From positions 1,813,700-1,877,699 of the forward strand of contig CAJFCJ010000019.1 in assembly GCA_904063045.1 (NCBI GenBank): a stretch of DNA of 64,000 nt. Direction: 5' to 3'. This document shows, in pieces, positions 29,261 through 42,200 of this stretch. Each line of letters begins with the position of its first letter. Positions within the stretch are counted from its first letter, which is position 1. The position numbers were made by a program, and so were the translations under genes. The DNA is from Dimorphilus gyrociliatus. Lineage: Eukaryota; Animalia; Annelida. A model generated the notes under the pieces. The model worked only from the letters and a program-made list of their open reading frames with translations, was not told where the DNA came from and did no database searches.

Positions 29261-31739
29261 TTCCTTTTCCCTTTCAACTGTCCCCTTAAACCATTTGACT
29301 ACGGTAAAATATTCTACCAAAGCAAAATGTAATAAAAAAAAAAGACTATTGCAGATTAATTGATATAATCCACTGATTAATAAGCCTACTTGAATGATAA
29401 TATAATATTATATATATACATATATACTGTATATATATATAAATTATGAAGTAGGATATAAAGAAACAAAAAAAATAAAAAAATAAATACATAACACATG
29501 GGAAAAAATTTTATTTTTCTACAAAAAGATTGATTGAATATCGATTTCATCTACAGCATTTCGCACGTGCTCTTTGCACGAAACTTTTTTTTTTTCAACT
29601 TGCTCATTTTTTATTCCTTTTTTTTTAATAAAAATTAGACTTTGATATGATTGTTTACACTCATTGAAAATTGATGGATTCGGGTCTATGTTTAATTATT
29701 ATATTAGTTTATATATCGGACATTTTATTTATCCTCCATCTTTAATTATTAGAAATGACATGTGTTTCTTGTATTCGTGATAAAAAACTACGGATTAGAA
29801 AAAAGTATATTCATCAAAGTACCCTTAATCGTCACACTCTGGTTCTTCTACCTCATTTTCTATCTTTTCTATCTTCCTTCTTCCTAATATATGTAATACC
29901 GGTTGTCAGTTTCTTAGTAGTTTCCTTTCATCTACCCATTTTTACTTTATTTATACTTTTGGGATAATTTATAATATTTATCTACAGTTAGATTACATTT
30001 CGTCTTTTGTAGATGATTTAAGAGGTGGAAGAAGTTAGTTAAACTAATTAGGTAATACGAATGTTTCATGCTATGCAACCCACTTCCCGTATATCTCATT
30101 TTATCGTGTTGAAACGTGTATTGAGCCAGGTGTTGTCGAAGGGAGAACAAAGAGGTAGAAGTGAATATTGATAAAAATATTACATAAGAGACATTGAAAA
30201 AATAGGTCATCTTAATAGTTATCATTATATCTACCTATAAAAAGAGACTCAGACAGAGTCACTCTTCTTGCAAGAAAAGAAAAAGCTATTGAACTTCACC
30301 TAAAAGATTTCAGGTAACAACAATACTAGTATAAGTACATATAAAAACACCTGGAAAAAATCTAACGTAAATAAAGAGAAGGGATTAACGTACCTTTAGT
30401 AATTTCAAATACAGCAGAACAACAGAAGCTATAAGAAGCAGTATAAAGAATACCGCAAGAGCTGCAAAAGTCGTCCGACACCGGTTAAAAATTTTCGACT
30501 TTTTAACCTTTGTCTCGACAATTGGAGAGACAACTGAATCAAATTTCATCTTTTAAAATTTGATGTCCTTTTTTAGAAATTTCCATAACTCTGTAGGCCT
30601 ATTATATAGTTTTGAACACTGAACACTATTCAATTATATTTGACTGGCTGCATTTCAAGCAAGGAATTTGCGCATGCGTATTCAGAGATTCTTTGTTTAC
30701 AAGTTACCATAGGATTCTAGGAGGGTACAACGAAACTTCCATAATCTGAGAGAATCATAATTGATTTCAATTGAAAATGTGATGAAAGCGTTGATTATTC
30801 CGCAAAGATTAATCATTTAATTATTATTCACCTTCTGGAATTTTTTTTATTCACTTCATTTATTGTTAATTGAAAAAAACAAAAATTAAATAAATTGGAA
30901 TTGTTTTTTATTTTTTTTTTTAAAAAAAAAAATATTAATGCATACAAAGAATATTTTAAAATTTGCTGATAGGCATGTTTAGATAATTATTTGATTGAAA
31001 ATTAATGTACAAATTAAATGATTAAAGGTTGAACACATTCATTTACCTATTGTAATTAACGTATATTATTAAATAAACGTCAATATTTAAATCTATTGGC
31101 CTAGTTGTATACATATTGTATATATATATGTATATATATATATAAAACATATTGAATATATATCATACACAGTTTATGTAATATATTGTATATAAAATAC
31201 AAATATTGTCTTTTTTACGATACACGACAAAAAGTTTTTAGCAGTGATAGAATTGAATGGAATTGTTAGTCTAGAAGCTGATATTGTTTATTCGCGAAAA
31301 CGTCCTAACTATATTCGTCCTACTTCTTCCTTTTATCAATCATACTCGTAAAAAAAAAGGCCTGACTTAGCTAAATTTTCTATACAAAGACAGTAATTTG
31401 TAGAGGAAGGGGAAAAAACTTTTGCACTAGATCCTTAAAGTCATACTGAACTTTTGAAGGAATAACCCTTACCGAAAGCATTTTTTTAATATCGTAATAG
31501 GTCTATTTTAAGAAGTTTCAATATTAATATTTAACGGAATATGGGGGAATCTCTTAACGAATTTATAGGCATGAATCACCCAGTCGGTTTTCTTTTGTAT
31601 AACAACAAAATTTTGCTTTTCGTGCGTTAATGTCACGAATCATGTTTATAAATTGAGAGAAATCTTGAGTAAAATTTCATTAGTTATACCTAATTCTGTG
31701 GAAGAGCGACACCAGACGATTTATTCTAATAGTGCAACG

Positions 31740-34530
31740 ATGATTTTTATTATACATCTTCTCCTCTTCAACTATGCCATAGGAGTAGATATTAGAATGC
31801 CTCAGGGTTTGACTTATGAAGAATTTCTAAGGTGCAGAGGTCTGCCATGCGAGGACTTTCAGAAGAAACAAGCCGCAATATCTCAAATAAACAATTTATT
31901 AAAAGTAATATCTTATTTTTAAACAAATATTACACTCTGAAATATATGCTGACACTTTCTTAATATAATAAATAGGATACAAACTATGAGGAAAGATCAA
32001 CTGTCAGGTTCAATTATACTTCAGAAGTTTTAGACGGCTGTGTCAGATTGAACGCAAGGCAAACTCAGAATTTAGTAATTCATTTAAGAGAATTGCAAGA
32101 AAATCAACAAACTAGAAGGAAAAGGCATACAATTAATTTTGATAAATATGGAAATAGAAAATGGCGAGTGACTCGAATTCAGTATAAAATTGAAGAAGAT
32201 TACAGTAAGGAACATTCTTTTCCTTAAATAAAATACAACAAAATTTTTCTCTTAATCATTAAAGATTTGTTCATACTTGTGGTTTATTAGTTTATTGTGA
32301 ATTTTCTTTCCTTTGAAATAGCTCAAGAGTACATTACGAAGCTTGAACAATCCCTGAGACATATTGAAGATAAAACTTGCTTCACTTTTGAACGTGTTGC
32401 CAACGATGGTATCGTCAACGATGACCATATTATATTCTCTAACGAGGAAAAAGCGTAAGTATAACCAGTTTCAATCTCAGGCGGGTTGACTAATTGGCTT
32501 AGAAAAAATATAAATTTTGAATCAGCTCTGCCTTTAGCACGACGTAGCTAAAGACAATCTTTTTCTTTGTGTTATTTAGGTGTTGGGCTTATATTGGTAG
32601 GGTAGCTGCAGGCTCTTATCCTCAACTGATTAACCTACATGAAAGATGTATTGATTTTGTAAGTGCTTGGAGTTTTAATTCAATTACTTTTCATGAATTT
32701 TTTCCTTCTTCCTGCCTGTCTTTTCTTTGTATGAATGAAAATGAATCACTTCCATGTTTATATTTGTCTTTTCTCTTAGTTCGGCATTCCCGTTCACGAA
32801 GTTATTCATTCGTTAGGATTTTGGCATCAACATCAAAGACCGGACAGAGAGAATTATATTAAATTAAACTGCGATCTAATTAACGGTGGATGTGAACACG
32901 ATCAGATGAAGATACCTAATGACGTAAAAGAGCCTAGTATACCTTATGATTACAATTCTGTGATGCATTATTCAGGATTTTCAAATGCTCGGGATAGAAG
33001 TAGGCTGCACGAATTGACAATTAAAGCATTAGATAAAGGACATCAAAAAGCCTTTGGTCAAAGGGTGGAAATGTCCTTTTTAGATGCGAAATTAATTCAT
33101 AACGAATATTGCCAAGCAAAATGCAACAGCAATCCCCCTAATTGTCAAAATGGGGGATTTCCTAATTCGAAAAATTGCGCTAAATGTATATGTGCTGATG
33201 GCTTTGGTGGCAGTCTATGCCAGGATGTCGCTCCTAGTACAACAGGATGTTTTAATAGAGGCGATATTGTATTGGGAATAGGAGAGGAGAGAGTTATAAA
33301 CACTCCAAATTACGGGACCGGCTACAAATCTGGAGACAAGTGCAACTGGAGGATAAGCGCTCCACCTGGTTATCAGGTCAAAATAACATTTGATTCGAAT
33401 TTTCGAATTTATTGCTATAAAGCTCGCGATGATTCTGGATTATATATAAGGGCGTGTCTTTATCATTGGGTTGAAGTAAAGTATGACTACGACTTGTCCA
33501 AAAATGGTTACCGGCTATGTTGCGAAAGTCAACCAAAACCAATAACATCCAAGGGAAGAATTATGGTAGTCGCTTTTCGAAGTTTAGAGGAGAGGCGAGG
33601 CCATTACGTTGGATTTAGAGCTCGTCTTTCTACAGGTAGATTGTTTGTTTATCATGTGAAAGGTTCCCTACTATTTAAAGTATTTTCATAAAATTTAGTT
33701 AGAGCTGACGGTCAGCCTGTCGAACCAACGAAAGAGCCAACAATCGCCCCCACAACTAAAACAACTACAACGACTACTTTGCCTACTACCACAAAACTTC
33801 CCTCAACAACACCTGACAATGGTGTCCGCTGGTCTGAGTGGAGCGATTGCTCATTCAGATCGTGTCAATGTGGTGGCTGCGACTTTCAGTTTCGATTTCA
33901 CATTTGCCGTAATCAGTATGACCAATACGAAGCGTAAGATAATCATACCTCGATTCTCTCTTATTCTTCTCTTTCCTTCTTATTTTAATATCGGTTTATT
34001 TGTAATTTAATTAATTTCGATTTTCTTACTTTAAACAATATCATTCAATTACTAATTTAAATTATCCTGACAGATGCTATGGTGAAAGATTTGGACTAGA
34101 GATGAAGAAATGTAATGATGAAGAGAGAATGTGTGGATCTTCAGACAAATATCCTATTTTTATTGGAAAGCTCTATTATCAGTAAGTAGTAATATATTTA
34201 CAAAAAAACCCCACTAGGGTAAATTTACAGAATGAATTATTTAAATTAACCTTTTATCTATCAAGACAATGCTCAAGATGCTGTGTAGAGTTTAAGGAAG
34301 TGGCGGGCCGTTGCGTGAAAAGACAGAATGTTAATTCTCTGACGCAAATAAATAATAGAACTGACATCCCAGAGGAAGCTAAATTTAATGTTGACAAAGC
34401 AATTCTCGAGTATAATAAGAAGGGCATTAAAGTTACACCAAATAATGCTAAAACTTTAAACTTTCATTCTTTTTCATTGATTTCATCAATTGGTTTTGTA
34501 TTATTAAGCTTTTTGCTAATTAGTAATTAA
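31740..34530 (+). CDS. Astacin metalloprotease: signal-prodomain-astacin-EGF-CUB-Thr-rich linker-TSP1-Cys tail-hydrophobic (GPI-like) C-terminus
   Basis: Signal MIFIIHLLLFNYAIG; furin site RRKR; HEVIHSLGFWHQHQRPDR; Met-turn SVMHY; EGF, CUB, TSP1 WSEWSDCS..CGGC; ends ISSIGFVLLSFLLISN*. Confidence 0.9.
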
Positions 34531-35012
34531 AATTCATTAAATATTCGTTTCTAGTCGAAAGATGATCTATCTATATTCTAGATAACTTATACATTTTTGT
34601 AGTAGATTTTTTGTTACTCAGAGATTGTATTTTTTATGTTTTTATGTCTTTTTTTATGAAAATAAAATAGAAGAGAGTTACTTAAACTAGAAACAAATGA
34701 CCTTAAAGTGTAATTTCATAAAAGAATAATGCATTATGATCCGTCTTTTAATCAGATGAAAAGTGAGAACAGTAAAATTTGAAATGAAAAACAATTTGCC
34801 ATTAAATGGTCAGATATCATTATATTTTTTCTTTGAAAGAGGGATAATATTTCTTTTCCTTGTTCCCTTTTCTCATCTTTTAATATTTCATTTCTTTATT
34901 CTTTCTTTAGATAGTTTAATTATATAACTGTCAAATAGAAAAAGTAAACTTAAAAAAAAAAAAAGACTTTAGGCCTTCTCAACTAGAGATAGGAAAACAA
35001 AATATTTGATTG

Positions 35013-35020
35013 TGACGTCA
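35013..35020. promoter_or_regulatory. CRE palindrome upstream of PARP gene A
   Basis: TGACGTCA ~390 bp upstream of ATG 35407. Confidence 0.3.
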
Positions 35021-35277
35021 AATGTTCTTTTTTGCATGAAAAGAGATTATTATGGAAAGTAAAAATGGAATAAATAAATAACAATATATGCATTATATAT
35101 GAAATTGATTACCTTCAAAATTATATACATTATTCGTGAAATTCATTGTCGTCAACTACTGCACAAGCTATTCTTTTCGAAACTATATTAGTTCAAATTA
35201 GTGACATCTCTATTTCATATCAGAAACTATAAACTAATTAGTGTGGTGCCTTGGTCCGTGATAACGAAACTAGAACA

Positions 35278-35287
35278 GGAAATTCCC
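35278..35287. promoter_or_regulatory. NF-kB (kappaB) consensus site upstream of PARP gene A
   Basis: GGAAATTCCC (reverse complement GGGAATTTCC) ~120 bp upstream of ATG 35407. Confidence 0.4.
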
Positions 35288-35406
35288 GCTGATATATTAT
35301 ATATGTATCTTTCCTGCTAATCGAAGCTAATCTAAACCCTCATTCAATAACTAAGCAGCGTAATAATCAGTTCCTTATATCAAAGACCTGATTTAGTTAT
35401 TCTCCA

Positions 35407-38400
35407 ATGGCGAAGAGACCTTCTATTTGGATTGATAAAATACAGATAGAGGTAAGAATTTATCCACGAAAACAAAATAAACTAACATTTCGATTATAAT
35501 TTTTTTCAGAATGTCAGCAATTTCGATAAATTTGAAATAAAATTAAAACACTACTTAAATGAACAACTTCGTGACGGAAACGTACGTTCTTTAAAAAAAG
35601 AAAACGATTATGTAATCGCAACATTTGACAGGAAAATTGGTAATTGTATATGTTTTTCGTATTTATCTTATTGTTTCTAAATAGTATACTATTCTTATAT
35701 AAACGATCTATTCATTATTCAATAGATTATAGTATTCTCTTGACGTCTGTTAGAGCAAATAACGCTCCAGAGGAGATTGTTGTGAGGTCCAGGAAAAATC
35801 TATTTATTCAACCTTACAGAAAAAAATCCGAAGATGAATATTGCAACAGCGATTCAGATATGTCAACAACTTCTACATCAAGTAGTAAAACACGGAAAAA
35901 TTTTAAGAACAAAAACCGTAATTCTCCTAGAAACGAGAATTTGTCAATAGATTTGAGTTTATCACCGCATCGGTTACAGTTAGCAAAACAGTTGCACGCT
36001 GATAAGATAGAAGGTGATAAAATAATAATAAATGGACAAAACGCTTCTACGATGAAGATGGATTTATTGGACGCATTATCAAAAATTGTAAAAATACCAG
36101 CAAATATACCAGATGATTTAGAATTATCAAATGAAGGTTTACACGGATTACTTCGAAAAACCACCGAAATTTCTTATATTGACACTGTTATGATCGACAT
36201 ACACAATAATATAATTGCTTGGAATATGGAAGATGTCAGAAAATTTCAAGATTATATTAAGGAGAATATCACAAGTGAAAAATCAGAAATATCCGTTGAT
36301 CATTGGGAGAATAATGATAAACTTGATGCAAAAATAGCTTATTTAAGAGAAAAGTATAAAGTATGCTTTTCAAAACTTGATAAATTCATCTACGTTCACG
36401 GATTAAATGATTCACCAAAAATTGTAAGAAACGAGTTGGAGGAATATTGGAAACAAAATGCTAAAGTTCAGATAATCTACAAAGTTGAAAACGATTTAAA
36501 TTATACAGTTTTAAAGAGATATTTCAAAGATGATATTGGAGGTATATGTGAAAACTCTCCAATAAAATATGTTGATAATCTTAATGAAATCCAAATCAAT
36601 GGAATCGGTTTGAATGAAAAACAAATAAAAAGTCAATTAAAGCAATTTTCTTCCAACCTAGCTGAAGAGAAACTAGAAAAGAGTTTCTATGGTTTGTACT
36701 TTTACATTAGATCAACAAGAAACAATATATAGTATGTTATAGGTTTGAAAAACTATCTCGGCTCCGAAAAATTCAAAGCAAATTTAACTTTAATTGAAAA
36801 TAATAACTGTTGTGTCATTGATACGGCTTCTGGTAATTCGACTAGGGAGATACCATCAACATCTGACAATAGTGAACACCAATGTGACGATTCGGATGGC
36901 AGTGATAGCGATGAAGATGATAGTGATGATGAAAGTAATACTCCTACCGAAAATCCTAATAGAAAACAAATTGAAATTATTGCCGAAAAAGGAAATATCG
37001 TCAAATATAAGGGAAAGGTAACTATCTTTTTTACCGCCATTCAATAAAATTCATTCGTAATATTCATTTTATTTACTAAGGTTGAATTGTTGATTAATAA
37101 CATTGCAAGTAAAGATAAGAATATTCTTAAGGGTGGGAAACTAAGCGAAACTTTTGTTGCGGAATTCCCTGAATTAAAAGCTGTACCAATGGTTGATCAC
37201 GATGATTATATTGCTTCATCAAAGATTAACGAAATTACAATCTGTCATGCAAATATCACTAAAATAGACAAAAGAGATGCAAAAGCGGTAATTTTCTATT
37301 TTTTTACTAATGAATATTTATAAACGGATTACTAATGAATAGATTATATTTTTAGAGCATTCGTTATTTGGGTAATACTATTAAAAGTATTCTAGAATTT
37401 GCCAATAAAATTGGAGCACAAACAATAGCCCTTCCTCCTATTGGCACTGGGAAAATATGTGGCTTTAGGGAAAGTGTAGTTGGTAATACTATACGTAAGG
37501 CAATAAAATATTATAATCGAAAAAATTCAAACACAACCATCAAGGTTCAGTTTATTTATTCTCTTGTTTTAACAATGGCTATTAACTTCTTTCATTATCA
37601 AACTTTAGAAAGTAATAGTTGTATCGTATAGCGATGATCTCCACCAAAAAATGATGGAAAAGCTTGTAAGGAAAAAAAGAACTTTCAGGTCGAAGACCAA
37701 TATCACAAAAACTTCTTATAATCGACCTACTATAGTATTTAATATAGTTGGTAGGGGAAAGGAATCAACCTCAAATGCAAAATCACAATTACAACTCTAT
37801 TTGTCAAGAATTTGTTATACGGAAACTTTAGAAGAGTTCAAAGAAGTTCAATGGACTGATCTTAAGGAAATTGAAGATAATTATGTGAAAGCAAAGCTAG
37901 ATAGTAATCGTGGTGTTTTAGTTATAAGTGGAATTGAAAACTATGTTGAAAGAGCTTCAATGAAAGCTCAAAAAATCCTCATGAAAGTTAAACAGAAAAT
38001 ATCTAATGAAGCTTCTTCCTGGGATGAAGCAGCGAAGATAAAGGATAAAGATAAACGTTTAAAGGTAAACTTGGCTTAACTTTTTCTTGAGAAAGCAAAA
38101 ATATAAATTTATATTGACTTTTCTTGAAGAGATATGTTGAGCTAAAAGATTGCATACCAAGCAATTGGAAGAATTTTAAAAGTAACTCAGGCATCTCATC
38201 ATTGTTGTCAAGCGATTATTATAAAGTGAATATAGAAAAGGAAGATCCAGCCCACTTTAAGTAAATGCTAGTTTATTTATAAATACAGTTTAAAAGATTA
38301 TTGTTTTCTTCTTCTAGAAATATGAAAGCGTTCGTTGAAAGTTTATGGCAATCAAATTTATACGGCCATGGAAACGATGCTAGATCCAATTCAAAGAGAA

Positions 38401-39056
38401 AAGCTGAGATGAAAATAATGAAAATTCATAGAATTGAAAACAAAAAAGTCTATGAAAAAGTACGATTTTGTTGTTTTTAAATGTTTTCCTGTATTATCAC
38501 AAATTTTTTTAACAAAAAATAGTTCACGGTCCATCGTTCTAGTATTATTCAAGATGCTATTTCTGGACGAATAACGGAATACAAACCAAATCCTGAGATT
38601 CAAACTCGAAAAAGAACGGTAAATGATTTAATTCCGGAAATTAATGAATGTCTCTTGTTTCACGGGGCACAAAAAACAGTCATAGATAAAATAATTAAGG
38701 AAGGTTTTGACTCGAGATGTTCAACCAATAAAGGGTTATATGGAGATGGGTTATATTTTGCTGAGGACCCAACGAAAGCTGATCAATATGTGGGGGATGA
38801 CAGTAAAGGAAACATCCTCTTATGCAGAGTTGTGATGGGGAATGTGTTTACCGCTAAAAAATCAATGAGCAATTCCAAACGTGGTCCTTGTTTGACATGT
38901 CAGCACGAGGGAACTTGCTTGAAACATGAAGGCTTCTATGATAGTGTCGTTGGTTCTGTTAAAGATGGGGGAGTCTCTCTTCTTTTCAGAGAGTTTGTCA
39001 TTTACGAAAGTCATCTAGCCTATCCCGAATATGTTATATCGTATGATAAACCATGA
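35407..39056 (+). CDS. Macrodomain-PARP gene A (PARP14/15-like architecture: RRM/KH-like N-terminus, macro, ART domain with H-Y-E)
   Basis: Macro motifs LINNIA..GGKLS and IALPPIGTGKICG; ART motifs FHG, GDGLYFAEDPTKADQY, FREFVIY..AYPEYVISY; multi-exon. Confidence 0.85.
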
Positions 39057-39223
39057 TATCTTTGTATATTTTAAAATACAATCTTGAAGCGTAAATTATT
39101 GTTCTGTTTTCTATGATTACTATGACTACCATGTATGAATTATATAACCAGCAATGGTTATAATACAATAGCAAATAGATACTATTGAATGTTGGAATTT
39201 TGCTGAGGTTGAAGGACTGTAAA

Positions 39224-42200
39224 ATGATTATAAAATGTTTTAAACCCGAAAGTCCTATTAAAGATCTATCGGAAACTAGTAATAAATCATTGAGCATAAA
39301 AAATAATTATCCAGGTTAGATGCAAATACATAATACAGTATAACGTTAAAAACTGAATTGTCTTAGGTTTAGGCGAATATTTTTGCAGTGATCGAATTGA
39401 AACTGTATTAAAAGGTGTTGCCAACGATTTTAACTGTGAAATAAACGTTAAACTTGATCTGGAAGAATGTAACTGGGAATTAGACATTCTTTTTGCAAGC
39501 TTAAAATCCTCTATACGAAAAGTTTGTATGATATTAATAATTTGCTATATAATTCTATTTATATATTCCATTTCCGCAAAACGAATAGGCCAATGTCATC
39601 ATTGGAATTTTAGACAATGGAACAATAAGTGAATCAATAATAAACTGCTTTCCTAACCGCTTTGAACATGAAATATTTGACTCGGAAGATAATTGTTACT
39701 ATGCTGATAAGACATCAATACATTTCATTGACATAACATCTATCGAAGAATCTTTTTTAAACTCCCATTTTCAAGTCTGTTTATATGCTTAAATAGTAAT
39801 TTTTAAGAGTAAGTATATTCAACATACAGAAATCAATGATAAGGATTCTTGAGAAGGTAAAGATGGAAACGCAGAGAGTTCTATTTCTTATATCTGACTT
39901 TGAAGAAAAATTCGATTGTTTGACACTTGCGAAAAGTTGGAAGAAAATAACGATAGATTTTCGTAGAAAATTTCCAGAGTCTCCATTAAATGTCAGTATG
40001 TTATATTTCTTTGACAAACTACTTATTTGAATTATTTTACATAGATGTTCTACTTTCTGTGCGAAAAGTTAAGTACTTTTGAGACTGTAATGAAAACTCA
40101 GGGATTTGGTATTGAAATTAATTGCAATGTACCTGAAAAAAAGCTTCCTCTTCTCGACAACAAACTAAATTCATTAATAGAAGATAATACTGCGGGCGTC
40201 GTATTTGATTGTAACGAGAGTGAACTTGACAAACTGAAAGAGTTGGAAAATGAATTTATTCGATTCAAGCATAGTTATCATTCTACTGAAAGTATAAAGC
40301 TAGGATATTAATAGTTCTTTTCTTTATTTAGGTCACGAAAAACAAACACAAGCATTTATGGAAACTTCCAAAGTATTACTAATAGGAGTTACTAAGTATG
40401 TTCAAGAAGCTTTAGAAAAATTACAGAATGTGATTGAAGCAGATTTACCAATTAATAAATATAGTTTGAAAAAATACTTTATAGAGTTAAAAGATAAGAA
40501 TCTTTTTGATTTTCTTAAAGATCATTATAAAGATGAATTGGACAGCTTTTTTTATGATACAACATATCAATTTAACGAGAATACTCTACAAATTGAATAT
40601 ATGGGTAGTGAAATTATGAAAAAATCATTCCTTATTCAACTTGAAATATGGAAACAAAACTTGTACGACACTACTTTAAGCTATAGACTTTATAGTTTGT
40701 AGTTTACTATTGATTAGCCAATTTAGGAATTAATTGAATTTTTATCAATAGATCTATTCGGATATTTAGGAAGCGCTGAAGGAAGTCAGCATCTTAAAAA
40801 TGTTGAGACAAAATATGGTTGCCTAATCAAAGTTGATCATTTTAATTATTCAAATAATTTTTCCATTAAAGTCTATAATAAAGATATCACAAGTTTTTAC
40901 CGAAAAGGTTCATCTCTAATATATTTCTTACTTGTTATTTTGTTAATAAACAATGTAATTTTTAAACTTTTAGTGCGATGCTCTAATAAATAATGTGGCC
41001 TTGAAAGAAAAGCCATTAAGGTCATGTGGAAAATTATCAAAAACATTTTGTACAGTTTTTACAGAGTTTCAAGAAAAATATAACAAAGCTGAAGATTATG
41101 ATTTCTTTAGACTGTGCCAAATTTCAAAATGTCTTATATTTAATACAAAAATATATCATCATCGATCGGAGGAGGACTTTAATGTAAATAAATGGCTTAT
41201 ATAATAATTCTTTTCAATATAATTTACATAGTTTTCTCTTTCAATCTACTACAGACTTTTAGACAGACATTTCGGGAAGTTTTTGAATATTGTCACAAAA
41301 AGGGCATAAGATCTATTGGCATACCACCAATAGGCTGTGGAAATTTGGATTATGGATTAGAACGTGTAACAGATATTTTTTATGAAGAAATGATTCAATT
41401 TATGAAAAAGTATCCAAATTCAAGATTAAAGGTTAAAAAATCTTATTTTTGAATTGTTTAAATAGTTGTATTAAAGATTAGTATACTATTATTAGAAATT
41501 CGTATATACATCATTAACGAATCGTCCACGTTTTTTTGAACATTTTCACAATTTGATGGAAAAAGAAACAATGATAAAAATTTCTGCAAAATCTAAAGAA
41601 ACTCTAGATAAGATTGTAGGCGTGCTTAAATCCTTTATAAATGAACTCTACCATGTTGAATATATCTGTCTGAATGAAGAAAGTGATTTAAATTCGTTTG
41701 CTAATTTGGGAAATCTATACGTTAAAGTAACACCTTGGCAAAATGGTAATAAAGTCCTTTATTAAACGTTAACGTATTATATTTAATGGGTTTAAAAAAA
41801 AGGTTCGAATAATTTGAAGATTTTAACGATTGCTGGAATCAAAAATTTCGTTATGCAAGTATCAAAAACAGCAACAGCTATAGTTTATAAAGATGTGCAG
41901 CTGAAAGGAGGAGTGTTGTGGGAACATTTAAAAACTGAAAAAGATGCTAGAAAACGAATAAAGGTAAGTAGTTTCTTCTCCGTAGGTAATCGATATACTC
42001 CTAAAATCTGAAATATATCTCAATAAGCTTCGAATGATGTTAAATGATCATACACCGCCAAATTGGACAATACTTACTGGATCTCTTAATAATATAACAG
42101 GAGACGAATATAAACTAATAGATCTCTCTAATGACAACCCTAATATGTTTAAGTAATGTCTATTCCGTGGCTAATAATTTCTTTATTTTTGAAATTCTCA

